Below are positions 20,745 through 30,695 of a stretch of DNA of 64,000 nucleotides, piece by piece. This stretch comes from Spirochaetia bacterium. GTDB lineage: Bacteria > Spirochaetota > Spirochaetia > SZUA-6 > Bin103. The stretch is taken from assembly GCA_965198005.1 (NCBI GenBank), contig CBDAOI010000004.1:2112001-2176000 (forward strand). Reading direction: 5' to 3'. The position numbers and the translations under genes are program-made. Position 1 is the first letter of the stretch. Every line of letters begins with the position of its first letter. The notes beneath the pieces were generated by a model. That model was not told the origin of the DNA and did not search any database. It saw only the letters and a program-made list of their open reading frames with translations.

Positions 20745-22199
20745 GTGGCAAACGTGGACCTCCGAACTCCGGCCTTTACCGCGATGTTCCGGGAGTACGA
20801 CCTGCGCGGCCGCGTGTCCGACGCGGAGCTCAACCCCGATTCGGTGCGCGCCATCGCCAATGCATTCGGCCGACTGCTCGAACGCCGCGGCATCGACTCG
20901 GCGGTCGTGGGCCACGACCTCCGCCCGGCGTCGCCGGCCTTCAAGGACGCGGCGGTCGCCGGGTTGCGGGCGGCGGGCCGCCACGTGGTGGACGTCGGAC
21001 TGACCATCAGTCCGGCCCTCTACTTCAGCCAGCACCATCTGCAGGTGCCCGGCGGCCTGATGGTCACCGCCAGTCACAATCCCAGCGAGTGGAGCGGGAT
21101 GAAGCTCGCGCACGGCTATTCCCGGACCCTGGGCCCGGCCGAGATGCGGGAACTGCACGCGCTGGTACGCGCCGGAGAGCAGAGTGCCGGGGCCGGCCGG
21201 TATACCGTGACCGACACCCGTGCCCCCTACCTCGAGCGGGTCGCCGCCGGGACCCGGCTCGAGCGTCCCCTGCGGGTTGCCGTGGACTGCGGCAACGGCG
21301 GCGCCGGCGTGTTCGCGTACGAACTCCTGCAGCGCCTCGGCTGTCTGACCTTTCAACTCCATTGCGACCCCGATGACAGCTATCCGCACTACTTTCCCAA
21401 TCCGTCCGATCTGAAGGCGCGCCGGCGGCTCAGGCAGATCGTGACCCATCCCTACATCCGGGCCGACGTCGGGCTGGCGTTCGACGGCGACGGTGATCGC
21501 ATCGGGGTGATCGACGAAGCCGGCGCCGACGTCTGGAGTGACCGGGTCCTTATTCTGCTGGCACGCCGGCTGCTGGACGCGCAACCGGGCGCGGCCATCG
21601 TCTACGACGTCAAGTGTACGCGCGGCCTGGAGGAAGAGATCCGCGGTCGCGGCGGCACGCCGGTGATGTGCAAGACGGGACACTCGCACGTCAAGGCGAA
21701 GCTGCAGGAGATCGGCGCCGCGCTCGCCGGGGAGCGGAGCGGCCACATTTTTTTCCGCGCCGGCTACTACGGCTTCGACGACGCGCTGTACGCCGGCGTC
21801 CGCCTGCTGGAGGTGCTGGCGGCATCCGCGGGCTCCCTGTCGGAACTGGTGGCCACCACCCCCCGGTACGTGACGTCGCCCGAGATCGCCGCGCCCTGCC
21901 CGGACGACCGGAAGTACGGCGTGGTCGATGCGCTGGTGGCCGAATTCAAGCGCGAGTTCGGCGCCGCCGTGAACGACGTCAACGGCGCGCGCGTGGAGTT
22001 CGGCGACGGTTGGGGCCTGGTGCGCGCCTCCTCCAACCTGCCGGAGCTGGTGCTGATCTTCGAGGCCGGGAGTGAAGCGCGCGTGCGTGAAATCCACGCG
22101 CTGTTCCGCGCCCGCCTGGCCGCCTACCCCGAGATCGACCCGCACTGGCGCAATGATCCCTACGTCGACGATCGGTCCATCGGCCGCGGCCGGCGCTGA
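20745..22199 (+). CDS. Phosphomannomutase/phosphoglucomutase
   Basis: FREYDLRG, TASHNP, DGDGDR, GERSGH, RASSNLP; start may be 20688-20754. Confidence 0.92.
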   Translation: MANVDLRTPAFTAMFREYDLRGRVSDAELNPDSVRAIANAFGRLLERRGIDSAVVGHDLRPASPAFKDAAVAGLRAAGRHVVDVGLTISPALYFSQHHLQVPGGLMVTASHNPSEWSGMKLAHGYSRTLGPAEMRELHALVRAGEQSAGAGRYTVTDTRAPYLERVAAGTRLERPLRVAVDCGNGGAGVFAYELLQRLGCLTFQLHCDPDDSYPHYFPNPSDLKARRRLRQIVTHPYIRADVGLAFDGDGDRIGVIDEAGADVWSDRVLILLARRLLDAQPGAAIVYDVKCTRGLEEEIRGRGGTPVMCKTGHSHVKAKLQEIGAALAGERSGHIFFRAGYYGFDDALYAGVRLLEVLAASAGSLSELVATTPRYVTSPEIAAPCPDDRKYGVVDALVAEFKREFGAAVNDVNGARVEFGDGWGLVRASSNLPELVLIFEAGSEARVREIHALFRARLAAYPEIDPHWRNDPYVDDRSIGRGRR

Positions 22200-22224
22200 C
22201 CGCCCCTGGTGATGTCTCCGGTCA

Positions 22225-22297
22225 AGCCAGAAAGGGGATTCGAACCCCTGACCTGTTCATTACGAGTGAACCGCTCTGCCAACTGAGCTATTCTGGC
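22225..22297 (-). tRNA. tRNA-Thr(CGT)
   Basis: Reverse complement GCCAGAATAGCTCAGTTGGCAGAGCGGTTCACT-CGT-AATGAACAGGTCAGGGGTTCGAATCCCCTTTCTGGCT folds as a cloverleaf; CCA not encoded. Confidence 0.96.
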
Positions 22298-22352
22298 ACG
22301 TCCCCATTCTGCCGCGTTTGCGGCTGACAATCAATACCCCGCCGCGGCGGCG

Positions 22353-23027
22353 TCAGTCTTCGCTGGCCGGCGCGGCCAATCCATCCAGCAGCAACCCGGT
22401 GAACGCGTCCGCGAGTCGGTCGCCGGCAGCCAGCAGCGCCTGCATCTGGGTATCTCCCATCTGGGCGAGCAGGTCGATCCCGAGACTGATGGCGTACACC
22501 AGGCGGGCCACCACCGGCAGGTCCACCGGGCGGACCACCCCGGCCTCGACTCCGGCCTGCAGACCGCGTTCCGCCTTGGCGACCCCCGGACGGATCAGGT
22601 GGCCATATACGTACTCCGTCAGCTCGGCGTCCGCCAGCACCGCGGACAGCAGCGCGGTCAAGGTTTGCCGCTGTGGCCGCCCGGTGCGGACCCGGGCACT
22701 GATCACGTGCCGATAGCGGCTGCGCAGGTCTTCGCCCGCGGCGCCCGGCGGCGCACCGGCAGCGCGAATCTCTTCGATCACCCGCTGCAGAACGCCCAGA
22801 AACAGATCGCGCTTGCTGTCGAAATGATGGTACAGCGCCCCTTCCGACAGTTTCGCGGCGGCCGCGATCGTCTTGGTCGTGGCCTGCTCGTAGCCGCGCT
22901 CGGTAAATACCCGCGTGGCTGCCCGAATGATGTGCTCGCGCCGACCTCTCCCGGCGCGCCGACTTTCCGGTTTCGGTTCGGGCGCGGCCTGACGGCCCGT
23001 CTCCGATGGCTCTCGCTGCAACGCCAT
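22353..23027 (-). CDS. TetR/AcrR family transcriptional regulator
   Basis: HTH IIRAATRVFTERGYEQAT...GALYHHFDSKRDL; GGGGAGGGGAG RBS before ATG 23027. Confidence 0.92.
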   Translation of the reverse strand: MALQREPSETGRQAAPEPKPESRRAGRGRREHIIRAATRVFTERGYEQATTKTIAAAAKLSEGALYHHFDSKRDLFLGVLQRVIEEIRAAGAPPGAAGEDLRSRYRHVISARVRTGRPQRQTLTALLSAVLADAELTEYVYGHLIRPGVAKAERGLQAGVEAGVVRPVDLPVVARLVYAISLGIDLLAQMGDTQMQALLAAGDRLADAFTGLLLDGLAAPASED

Positions 23028-23154
23028 GTCAGTCTCCCCTCCCCAAGGTAGTGAGTGCTTGCTCCTAGCGCTAATGTACTGAGTAGTCCGCGTGCGCGTC
23101 CACCGGTGTGCGCCGGATGCGCCGCAGCCGCCGTAGCGGTACACTGCCAGCATC

Positions 23155-24714
23155 ATGCTGCCCAACCCGTCGTGGATCGGGTCCGCACTGAGCGATCTGC
23201 TGGTCGGAGATCCTGACCGCCACCGGCGTCCGGACTATCGGCAGGCGTTTTTCCTGGCACTGGCCAAGGTGCTTGGCGCAGCGGCCTGGGTCGACGCGCC
23301 GATCAATCAGAATGAAGTGAACGTGATCAAGACGCTGCTGCACGACCTTTCTCCACGCCTGACGGCCCGCGAGCTGCAGCGGGTCGCGCGGTACCTCGAG
23401 GAGTCGGTCCCCGATGAACACTTTCGGGAGCTGGTGTCTCAGCTCGGCCGGTTCACGCGGCGCCGGGCGCGCCTGCGGTTTGCCGTGACCCGGCTGCTGG
23501 CGCTGCTGGCCGCGGACGGCACGCCGAACCAGCCGGAGCAGGAACTGTTCGAGCGGACCTGCGCGATTCTGGGCTGGAGTGGTGGTGATGGTGGTGGCGA
23601 TGAGGAGCCGCCGGCGGCGAGCGCCCCGGGCCGCTCGCACCGGGTGCGGACGGGACTGCAGTTGGGCCGTCTCACCGGGCAGCCGGACGATGCTGCGCCA
23701 CGGAGCCTGCTCGACCGGGTACGCACGGCCACCTGGGAGCGGCTGCAGGCGGGCGGCGGACACGAGACTCCACCTGACAAACTGTACGTCCTGGCGGCGA
23801 CGGTGGCGTTTCTGCGCGGCGCCCGCGTCGGGAACGTCGGCGAAGACGCGGAGCTGGTTGGCTTTACCGCAGCGGTGTCGGCGGTGCCCGACGACGTGGC
23901 GGAAGCAGCCCTTGCTGCGGCCCGGCAGTTCCCGGCGGCACCGGCCGAGCTGCCGGCGTTGGCCGCGGAGCTGCAGCGGCGCACGGATGCCACCGAGCTT
24001 GGTTCACTGGCGCAACTGTTGAACGCCATGGCCGACGGCGAGGCGGCACTGCGCCGGCTGCGTCAACTTGCCAGCCCCGCTGACCGCATGGCGGCCACCA
24101 TTGACCACCTGGTGTACGGCGTGCCCGAACTGGAGGCCGGCGTCGCGTTGCTGCGCGAACAATTCGGAGTGTCCGCCGTCTACGGGGGCCGGCATGAAGG
24201 ACGCGGCACGCACAACGCGCTGCTCGGATTGGGCGGCGATGCATATTTGGAGGTGATCGCGCCGGACCCTTCCCAGCCGTCGAACCCGGGGGGCCGGAGG
24301 TTTCTCCTGGAAGACCTGGATCGGCCGCGTCTGATCACGTTCGCCGTCAGAGTTCGCGGCCTCGAGCAGCGGCGCGCACGCGCTGTCAGCCGCGGCTACG
24401 ATCCGGGACCGGTGACTGCCATGAGTCGGCGGCGGCCGGACGGCGCGCTGTTGCGCTGGCAACTGTGCCGCGCCCCGGAACCGCCGTTTGGAGGGGTCGT
24501 GCCGTTTCTGATCGATTGGGGAGCCACGCCCAGTCCCGCACACTCTGCGCCGGCCGGCTGCCGCCTGGACCGACTGCAGGTCGCTCATCCCGATCCGGAC
24601 CGGGTCCGTCAGGTGCTGCACGCCATCGACGTAACGATTCCGGCTGAGCGCGGCCCGGCGCCCGCGCTGCATGCCGAGTTGCAAACCCCAAGAGGACGTG
24701 TCATGCTCCGTTAG
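23155..24714 (+). CDS. TerB-like domain(s) fused to a C-terminal VOC/glyoxalase-like domain
   Basis: LAKVLGAAAWVDAP..E and LAADG (TerB-like); IDHLVY...GGRHEGRGTHNALLGLG..YLEVIAPDP, PFLIDW (Glyoxalase_3-like). Confidence 0.75.
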   Translation: MLPNPSWIGSALSDLLVGDPDRHRRPDYRQAFFLALAKVLGAAAWVDAPINQNEVNVIKTLLHDLSPRLTARELQRVARYLEESVPDEHFRELVSQLGRFTRRRARLRFAVTRLLALLAADGTPNQPEQELFERTCAILGWSGGDGGGDEEPPAASAPGRSHRVRTGLQLGRLTGQPDDAAPRSLLDRVRTATWERLQAGGGHETPPDKLYVLAATVAFLRGARVGNVGEDAELVGFTAAVSAVPDDVAEAALAAARQFPAAPAELPALAAELQRRTDATELGSLAQLLNAMADGEAALRRLRQLASPADRMAATIDHLVYGVPELEAGVALLREQFGVSAVYGGRHEGRGTHNALLGLGGDAYLEVIAPDPSQPSNPGGRRFLLEDLDRPRLITFAVRVRGLEQRRARAVSRGYDPGPVTAMSRRRPDGALLRWQLCRAPEPPFGGVVPFLIDWGATPSPAHSAPAGCRLDRLQVAHPDPDRVRQVLHAIDVTIPAERGPAPALHAELQTPRGRVMLR

Positions 24715-24757
24715 GTAAGCGCCGGAACCGATAAAGACTGCCGTGAAAATTTTGCTG

Positions 24758-24795
24758 TTGCTATACAAACTGTCCTGTGTTAACCTATTGCAATA
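24758..24795 (+). promoter_or_regulatory. Sigma70-like promoter with overlapping palindrome
   Basis: TTGCTA-N17-TAACCT with upstream TG; palindrome TATTGCAATA at 24786-24795; AT-rich island. Confidence 0.55.
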
Positions 24796-24852
24796 ACCTG
24801 TACGTTCACCATATCGTGGGAGTGAACGTCGACTACTGTTTAAGGAGTTTCC

Positions 24853-25110
24853 ATGCCACGTTTTACGACTCGTCTCGTCAAGGAAGTCCAGGAACCGACG
24901 GTCACCGACAGCCTGGTCCAGAAGTACGGCGCCTATATCTCGCGCATCGACGGGAATTCCGTCGGCGTCTTGAAGTTTCGGGAGTCGGAAGACATCACGC
25001 TGGCGCGAGAAGCCCTGCGGCTTGCTGCAGAAAAGCAGGGCAAGGATCTCATTATTCGCCGTCCCCGCGGCGTTGACGGCGTGCTTGAGTTCCGATTGCG
25101 CAACCGCTAG
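24853..25110 (+). CDS. Small hypothetical protein (85 aa)
   Basis: Strong RBS TAAGGAG, own promoter and downstream hairpin, protein-like composition. Confidence 0.75.
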   Translation: MPRFTTRLVKEVQEPTVTDSLVQKYGAYISRIDGNSVGVLKFRESEDITLAREALRLAAEKQGKDLIIRRPRGVDGVLEFRLRNR

Positions 25111-25139
25111 GTCCGAGTACGCTCGCACAATCGAACCAA

Positions 25140-25186
25140 CCACCAGACAGCCCGCGCACCGTCCCGGCGTGCGGGCTGTCTGGTGG
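25140..25186 (+). terminator. Strong stem-loop after the 85-aa gene
   Basis: CCACCAGACAGCCCGC...GCGGGCTGTCTGGTGG 16-bp perfect stem; no U-tract. Confidence 0.5.
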
Positions 25187-25214
25187 GTCGGTGTAGTCTG
25201 CCTGCTGGGCACGG

Positions 25215-25910
25215 ATGATTTCGATCAGCAATGTCACCAAGGTGTATCGTAGCGGCACCACCGAGGTCGCCGCTTTGCGCGGCGTCAGCCTGGAGGTGGA
25301 GCGCGGCGAATTCCTCGCTATCGCCGGACCGTCCGGTTCCGGCAAGTCCACGCTGCTCAACCTGATCGGCTGTCTGGACGTCGCTACCGGCGGCGACGTG
25401 CTGATTGACGGCCAGGCGGTAGCGGGCCTGAGCCGCAAGCAGCTCGCGCTGTTCCGGCGCCACCATCTCGGATTCGTGTTCCAGTCGTTCAACCTGATCC
25501 CCGTCCTCACCGCCTACGAAAACGTCTCCTTCGCGCTCGCGCTGACCACCCGAGACGCCAAGGAGGTGCGCTCGCGCAGCCTGCAAATGCTCAAGCAGGT
25601 CGGCTTGCAGGACATGACCGACCGCCGGCCCGGTGAGCTCTCCGGCGGCCAGCAGCAACGGGTGGCGATCGCGCGGGCGCTGGTCAAGGAGCCGCAGATC
25701 GTGCTCGCGGACGAGCCCACCGCCAACGTCGATTCCGAGACCGGCGAGGGGCTGCTGGAACTGATGCGCCGGCTCAACCGGCAGCGCGGCTCCACCTTCA
25801 TCTTCTCCACCCACGATGCCATGGTGATGGACTATGCCGACCGCTTGGTGCGGTTGCAGGACGGCCGCGTCTCCGGCGACGAGCGCCGCACGGCCGCGGC
25901 CGGGAGCTGA
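25215..25910 (+). CDS. ABC ATP-binding protein, LolD/MacB-like
   Basis: GPSGSGKST, GFVFQSFNL, LSGGQQQRVAIARAL, ADEPTANVD. Confidence 0.95.
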   Translation: MISISNVTKVYRSGTTEVAALRGVSLEVERGEFLAIAGPSGSGKSTLLNLIGCLDVATGGDVLIDGQAVAGLSRKQLALFRRHHLGFVFQSFNLIPVLTAYENVSFALALTTRDAKEVRSRSLQMLKQVGLQDMTDRRPGELSGGQQQRVAIARALVKEPQIVLADEPTANVDSETGEGLLELMRRLNRQRGSTFIFSTHDAMVMDYADRLVRLQDGRVSGDERRTAAAGS

Positions 25911-25915
25911 GCGCC

Positions 25916-27259
25916 GTGGCCTCGACCTCGTCCGCCGCCGTGACCGCGGTGCCGCACGGCCCACGCTCCGCCTCCGCCGGCGGCCATGACCTGAAGTTTC
26001 TGCTCCGGCTGGCCTGGAAAAACCTCAGCCGCCACCGCCGCCGCACCGTCATCACCGCCGGCGCCCTGGCGGTGAGCGTCGCCATGTTCATCTTCATGGA
26101 CTCGATGCTGCGCGGCATCGACACCGAATCGCAGCGCAACCTGGTGTGGTACGAGACCGGCACCGGCCGCATCGTCAGCTCGGATCAGTACCGCGACCTG
26201 CGGCGGCCCCGGCTGCGACACGAGATCGTCGACTACCGCCCGCTGAGCGCGTGGTTGAACGAGCGCGGCGTGGCCAACGCCCCGCGCATCACCTTCACCG
26301 GCGAGCTGTTCTTCGGCGAGGGCGCGCTGCCGGTGCGGCTGGTCGGTATCGATCCGGCCAGCGACCCGCAGGTGTTCCGGCTGCCCGAAGCCCTGCTGCC
26401 CGGCAGCGAGTTCCTTGCGGCCGGCGTCCCGGGACTGCTGCTGGGCGCCTGGATGGCCGAGGATCTGGGGATCGCCGCCGGCGACTTCGTGGAGGTGCGT
26501 ACCCGCACCCGCCACGGCGCGGTGCAGACGCTGGAGCTGGAAGTGGTGGGCATCCTGCTCAGCCCCAACCCGACCATCAACCGGGGTGTGGGGTTTCTGC
26601 CGCTCGACGTGGTCCAGTACGACCTCGACCTGGCGGGCGTTACCGAGGTGGTCCTCGGCGCGTTGCGCACGTCCATGGGACGCCGCATCGCGGTGCCGTC
26701 CGGCGCGGTCCTGAAGCGCGAGATCGAACGTCTGAACGCCGACCTGGCAGGTGCGATGCCCGGCGTCACCGCGGCCGGATGGCACCAACTGGCGCCCGAT
26801 TACCTGGCCATAGTCGAGTCCAAGCAGTCGAGCAACGGGCTGCTGCTGTTCCTGATCTTCCTGATCGCGGCGGTGGGCATCTCCAACACCATGCTGATCG
26901 CGGTGTATGAACGGTTCCGCGAGTTCGGGATGATGCGCGCCCTGGGCATGGACGACGCCGCGGTCCGCGCCACCATGGTGTTCGAGGCCGGTGCGATCGG
27001 CCTGATCGGAGCGCTGGCGGGACTGGTGGTGGGCGCCGCCGCCACCTGGTGGCTGGTCAACTGGGGCCTCGACCTGAGCGGGCTGTACGGCAACGTCAAC
27101 ATCGGCTACCGGGTGACCGGCATCTTCCGCGGCGCCTGGAACCCGGGCATCATGCTCACCGCAGTGATCTTCGGGGTGGTCGCGAGCATGCTGATCGCCC
27201 TGCTGCCGGCGCGCCGGGCGCTCAAGCTCGACGTGGCGCAGTGCCTGCGCTACGAGTAG
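25916..27259 (+). CDS. ABC permease, LolE/FtsX-like (1)
   Basis: LAWKNLSRHRRRT, NTMLIAVYERFREFGMMRALG, PARRA. Confidence 0.92.
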   Translation: MASTSSAAVTAVPHGPRSASAGGHDLKFLLRLAWKNLSRHRRRTVITAGALAVSVAMFIFMDSMLRGIDTESQRNLVWYETGTGRIVSSDQYRDLRRPRLRHEIVDYRPLSAWLNERGVANAPRITFTGELFFGEGALPVRLVGIDPASDPQVFRLPEALLPGSEFLAAGVPGLLLGAWMAEDLGIAAGDFVEVRTRTRHGAVQTLELEVVGILLSPNPTINRGVGFLPLDVVQYDLDLAGVTEVVLGALRTSMGRRIAVPSGAVLKREIERLNADLAGAMPGVTAAGWHQLAPDYLAIVESKQSSNGLLLFLIFLIAAVGISNTMLIAVYERFREFGMMRALGMDDAAVRATMVFEAGAIGLIGALAGLVVGAAATWWLVNWGLDLSGLYGNVNIGYRVTGIFRGAWNPGIMLTAVIFGVVASMLIALLPARRALKLDVAQCLRYE

Positions 27260-27293
27260 CGGTGGCGCTACGAGTAGCGGTGGCGCTACGAGT
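27247..27293. repeat. 18-bp tandem repeat (about 2.6 copies) containing the permease stop codon
   Basis: GCGCTACGAGTAGCGGTG x2 + GCGCTACGAGT. Confidence 0.9.
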
Positions 27294-27308
27294 GACCGGG
27301 AGCGGGGC

Positions 27309-28607
27309 GTGAAGCTGTGGCGCATCGCCGTGCGCAACGTGGCGCGCAACAAGCGCCGCTCGCTGCTGTCCGGCTCCGCCATCACCGTGGCGACGCTGTC
27401 CGTGGTGCTGCTGTTCTCGGTGCTCGGCGGCATGCTCGGCGATCTGGTGGCCACCACGCTGACCTACGACAGCGGGCACGCCCGCGTGCGCCATGCCGAG
27501 TACGGCCGCTACGAGACCCTCAACCCGGTGCACCTGGCCGTGACCGACGCCGGCAGCGTGGTAGAACGGCTGCAGGAGCTGCCGGAAGTGACCGGCGTGC
27601 TGCCGCGGGTGCGCTTCGCCGGCGCCATCTATCGCGAAGACCGCAACCACGGCGCCTTCGGCCTGGGCCTCGACTTCGCCCGCGAGATCGAGGTGGCGCG
27701 CGACCGGCTGCCGCAGATGAGCGGCGCCGCCGCCGGCAGCGCCACCCTGGAGCAGTTCGCCCGCGCCTGGCAGCTCGAGGTGCACGGCGGCAGCCTGCCA
27801 CGCGCCGGCGAGCGCGAGCTGCTGATCAGTGCGGCGCTGGCCGAGGAGCTGGGACTGGCGGCGGGCGACAAGCTGACGATCCTCACCCGCACCGCGCTGC
27901 TGAGCACCCAGGCCTGGACCTTCACGGTGAGCGGCGTGGTCGGCTTTCCGATCGGCGGCATGCGCGGCCTGCTGCTGGCGCCGCTGGACACGGTGCAGCG
28001 CTTCCTCAAGTTGACCGCGGCCGACGCGGTCACCGAGATCCTGCTCTACACCGGCAGCGAGGAGGAGGTGCCGGCGCTCACCGAAGCGTTGGCATCCGCG
28101 CTGCCGGAGCGCGATCCGGGGCTTGCCGTGCAGGCGTGGACCGACACCAACCCGATGTTCTCGATGCTCCAGGTCGCCAGCCGGATCTACGACGTCATCG
28201 GGCTGTTCTTCTTCCTGCTGGCCACCACGGTGATCGTCAACACCACAATGATGGTAGTATTCGAACGCATGAAGGAGATCGGCACCATCGCCGCGCTGGG
28301 GATGACCGGCAACCAGATTACGCGCCTGTTCTTCCTGGAAGCACTGTTCATCGGCATGGGCGCGGCGCTGCTTGGGGTGGCGCTGGGCTGCGCCATCGTG
28401 CTGCCGCTGTCGCAGGTGGGGATCGACTACAGCGCCGCCATGGAAGGCGTGGAGCTCAACATGTCGGACGTGTTGTTCCCCCGGCTCAGCGTGCGCTCCA
28501 CCGTGCTGGTATTCCTGTACTCCATTGCGGTGACCGCGGCGGCTTCCTACTGGCCGGCGCGCAAGGCGGCCCGGCTGCAGCCGGTGGTGGCGTTGCGCGC
28601 CGCCTGA
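27309..28607 (+). CDS. ABC permease, LolE/FtsX-like (2)
   Basis: IAVRNVARNKRRS, NTTMMVVFERMKEIGTIAALG, PARKAARLQPVVALR. Confidence 0.92.
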   Translation: MKLWRIAVRNVARNKRRSLLSGSAITVATLSVVLLFSVLGGMLGDLVATTLTYDSGHARVRHAEYGRYETLNPVHLAVTDAGSVVERLQELPEVTGVLPRVRFAGAIYREDRNHGAFGLGLDFAREIEVARDRLPQMSGAAAGSATLEQFARAWQLEVHGGSLPRAGERELLISAALAEELGLAAGDKLTILTRTALLSTQAWTFTVSGVVGFPIGGMRGLLLAPLDTVQRFLKLTAADAVTEILLYTGSEEEVPALTEALASALPERDPGLAVQAWTDTNPMFSMLQVASRIYDVIGLFFFLLATTVIVNTTMMVVFERMKEIGTIAALGMTGNQITRLFFLEALFIGMGAALLGVALGCAIVLPLSQVGIDYSAAMEGVELNMSDVLFPRLSVRSTVLVFLYSIAVTAAASYWPARKAARLQPVVALRAA

Positions 28608-28611
28608 GTCG

Positions 28612-29883
28612 ATGACCGCGACGCTGTTCCGGCTGGCCGTGCGCAATCTCGGCCGCCACCGCCGCCGCACGTTGATAACCGCCGCGGCGCTGGCGGCCGG
28701 GATCGCGCTGTTCATCTTCATGGATTCGATGCTGCGCGGGATGGACTCCGAGTCGCAGCGCAACCTGGTGTGGTACGAGACCGGCTCCGGCCGCATCGTC
28801 GGCCGCGCGCAGCACGCCGAGCTGGAGCGGCCGGCCCTGAAACACGAGATCGTCGAGTATCGGCCGCTGCTCGCCGCGCTGGCGGAGCGCGGAGTGGCCG
28901 CGGCCCCCCGCATCCGTTTCACCGGCGAGCTGTTCTTCGGCGAGGGCTCGCTGCCGGTGCGCCTGGTGGGCATCGACCCGGCGCTCGATCCCGAGGTGTT
29001 CCGGCTGCCCGGAAGCGTGCTGCCCGGAGGTGGGTACCTTGAGAGCGGCGTTCCGGGGCTGCTGCTCGGCGCCTGGATGGCCGAGGACCTGCAGATCGCC
29101 GTGGGCGACTTCGTCGAGGTGCGGACCCGTACCCGCCATGGCGCGGTGCAGACCCTGGAGCTGGAGCTGGTGGGCATCCTGCGCAGCCCGAACCCCACCA
29201 TCAACCGGGGAGTGGGCTTCCTGCCCCTCGACGTCGCCCAGCTCGACCTCGACCTGGAGGGGGTAACGGAAATCTCTCTCGGCGCGCTGCGCACCCGGCT
29301 CGGACGTCCCGTCCCGGTGCCGGTGGGGGCGACCCTGGAACGCGAGGTTCAGCGCCTGAACGAGGACCTGGCAACCGCCTTCCCGGGCGTGGTGGCGGTG
29401 GGCTGGACCGAGCTGGCGCGGGACTACCTGGCGGTGTTGGAGACGGACAGCGCGGGCACCAGCATCATGCTGCTCCTGGTGTTTCTGATCGCCGCGGTGG
29501 GCGTGTCCAACACCATGCTGATCGCGGTGTACGAACGGATCCGTGAGTTCGGGACGATGCGTGCGCTGGGCATGGACGACGGTGCGATTCGCGCCACGAT
29601 GGTGCTGGAGGCGGGAGCGATCGGTCTGCTGGGGTCGCTGGCGGGGGTGGCAGTGGGCGCCGTCGCAACCTGGTGGCTGGTGAACTGGGGCATCGACATG
29701 AGCGGAATGTACGGCGACGTAAGCGTCGGCTACCGGGTGACCGGGATCTTCCGCGGTGCCTGGAATCCGGGGACCATGGTGGCGGCGGTGATCTTCGGGA
29801 TTGCGGCCAGCATGGCGATCGCGCTGCTGCCGGCGCGCCGGGCGCTCAAGCTCGACGTCGCGCAGTGTCTGCGCCACGAGTAG
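28612..29883 (+). CDS. ABC permease, LolE/FtsX-like (3), close paralogue of permease 1
   Basis: Long runs identical to permease 1 (SQRNLVWYETG, EVRTRTRHGAVQTLELE, GYRVTGIFRGAWNPG). Confidence 0.92.
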   Translation: MTATLFRLAVRNLGRHRRRTLITAAALAAGIALFIFMDSMLRGMDSESQRNLVWYETGSGRIVGRAQHAELERPALKHEIVEYRPLLAALAERGVAAAPRIRFTGELFFGEGSLPVRLVGIDPALDPEVFRLPGSVLPGGGYLESGVPGLLLGAWMAEDLQIAVGDFVEVRTRTRHGAVQTLELELVGILRSPNPTINRGVGFLPLDVAQLDLDLEGVTEISLGALRTRLGRPVPVPVGATLEREVQRLNEDLATAFPGVVAVGWTELARDYLAVLETDSAGTSIMLLLVFLIAAVGVSNTMLIAVYERIREFGTMRALGMDDGAIRATMVLEAGAIGLLGSLAGVAVGAVATWWLVNWGIDMSGMYGDVSVGYRVTGIFRGAWNPGTMVAAVIFGIAASMAIALLPARRALKLDVAQCLRHE

Positions 29884-29939
29884 CGGCCAGGTTGGACGGC
29901 CCGCGACCGGATCGAGTACCTTTCCGGAGGGGGTGGTTG

Positions 29940-30695
29940 ATGATGAAGACTCGGCGATGCGCGCGCGGCGGAATGCTGCTGTCGCTGGTGTTTCTGACCG
30001 GCGCCGTACCGCTCGGCGCTCTGACCGGAGCGGAGGTGATCCAGCAGATGGAGCGCAATGAGCGCCATTCCTCGGTGCACTCCACCGGCGCGCTGGAGAT
30101 CAGCGACCGGTTCGGAACCCGCACCAAGACCTTCATCTCGACCGCGGTGGGCGACGACCGCTCATTGCTGGAGTTCACCAACCCGGAGGAAGCGGGACAG
30201 AAGATCCTGCGCCTGGACGACGATCTCTATCTCTACTTTCCGGAGGCGGAAGAGGTGATCCATCTGCAGGGCGCGGCACTGCGCGAGAACGTCCTCGGGT
30301 CCGACTTCTCGTACGAGGACATGACCGGAGAGGGCAGCCTGCTGGAAGACTACCAGGTGGAACTGGAGGGCACCGAGCCGATCGACGGTCACGACTGTTA
30401 CCGGCTGCGGCTCACCGCCACCCGGCGCGACGTGGTGTATCCGATCCAGGTGGTGTGGATCGACGCCGAGCGGTTCGTCACGCGCCGCGTGGAGCAGTTT
30501 TCCCGGCGCGGCCGGCCGCTCAAGCAGATGACGATCTCCGACTACCGCGAAGTGGGCGACAAGCTGATTCCGGTGCGGCTGGAGATGTCGGATCTGATGA
30601 AGAAGGACTCGCGCACGATGTTCCTGATCGAGACCATCGAGGTGGACATCGCGATCGACGAGAGTCTGTTCTCGCTGGAGGAGCTGACCTTTTGA
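29940..30695 (+). CDS. LolA-like outer-membrane lipoprotein-sorting protein
   Basis: Signal peptide; GQKIL, GSDFSYEDM, C-terminal FSLEEL typical of this family. Confidence 0.85.
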   Translation: MMKTRRCARGGMLLSLVFLTGAVPLGALTGAEVIQQMERNERHSSVHSTGALEISDRFGTRTKTFISTAVGDDRSLLEFTNPEEAGQKILRLDDDLYLYFPEAEEVIHLQGAALRENVLGSDFSYEDMTGEGSLLEDYQVELEGTEPIDGHDCYRLRLTATRRDVVYPIQVVWIDAERFVTRRVEQFSRRGRPLKQMTISDYREVGDKLIPVRLEMSDLMKKDSRTMFLIETIEVDIAIDESLFSLEELTF

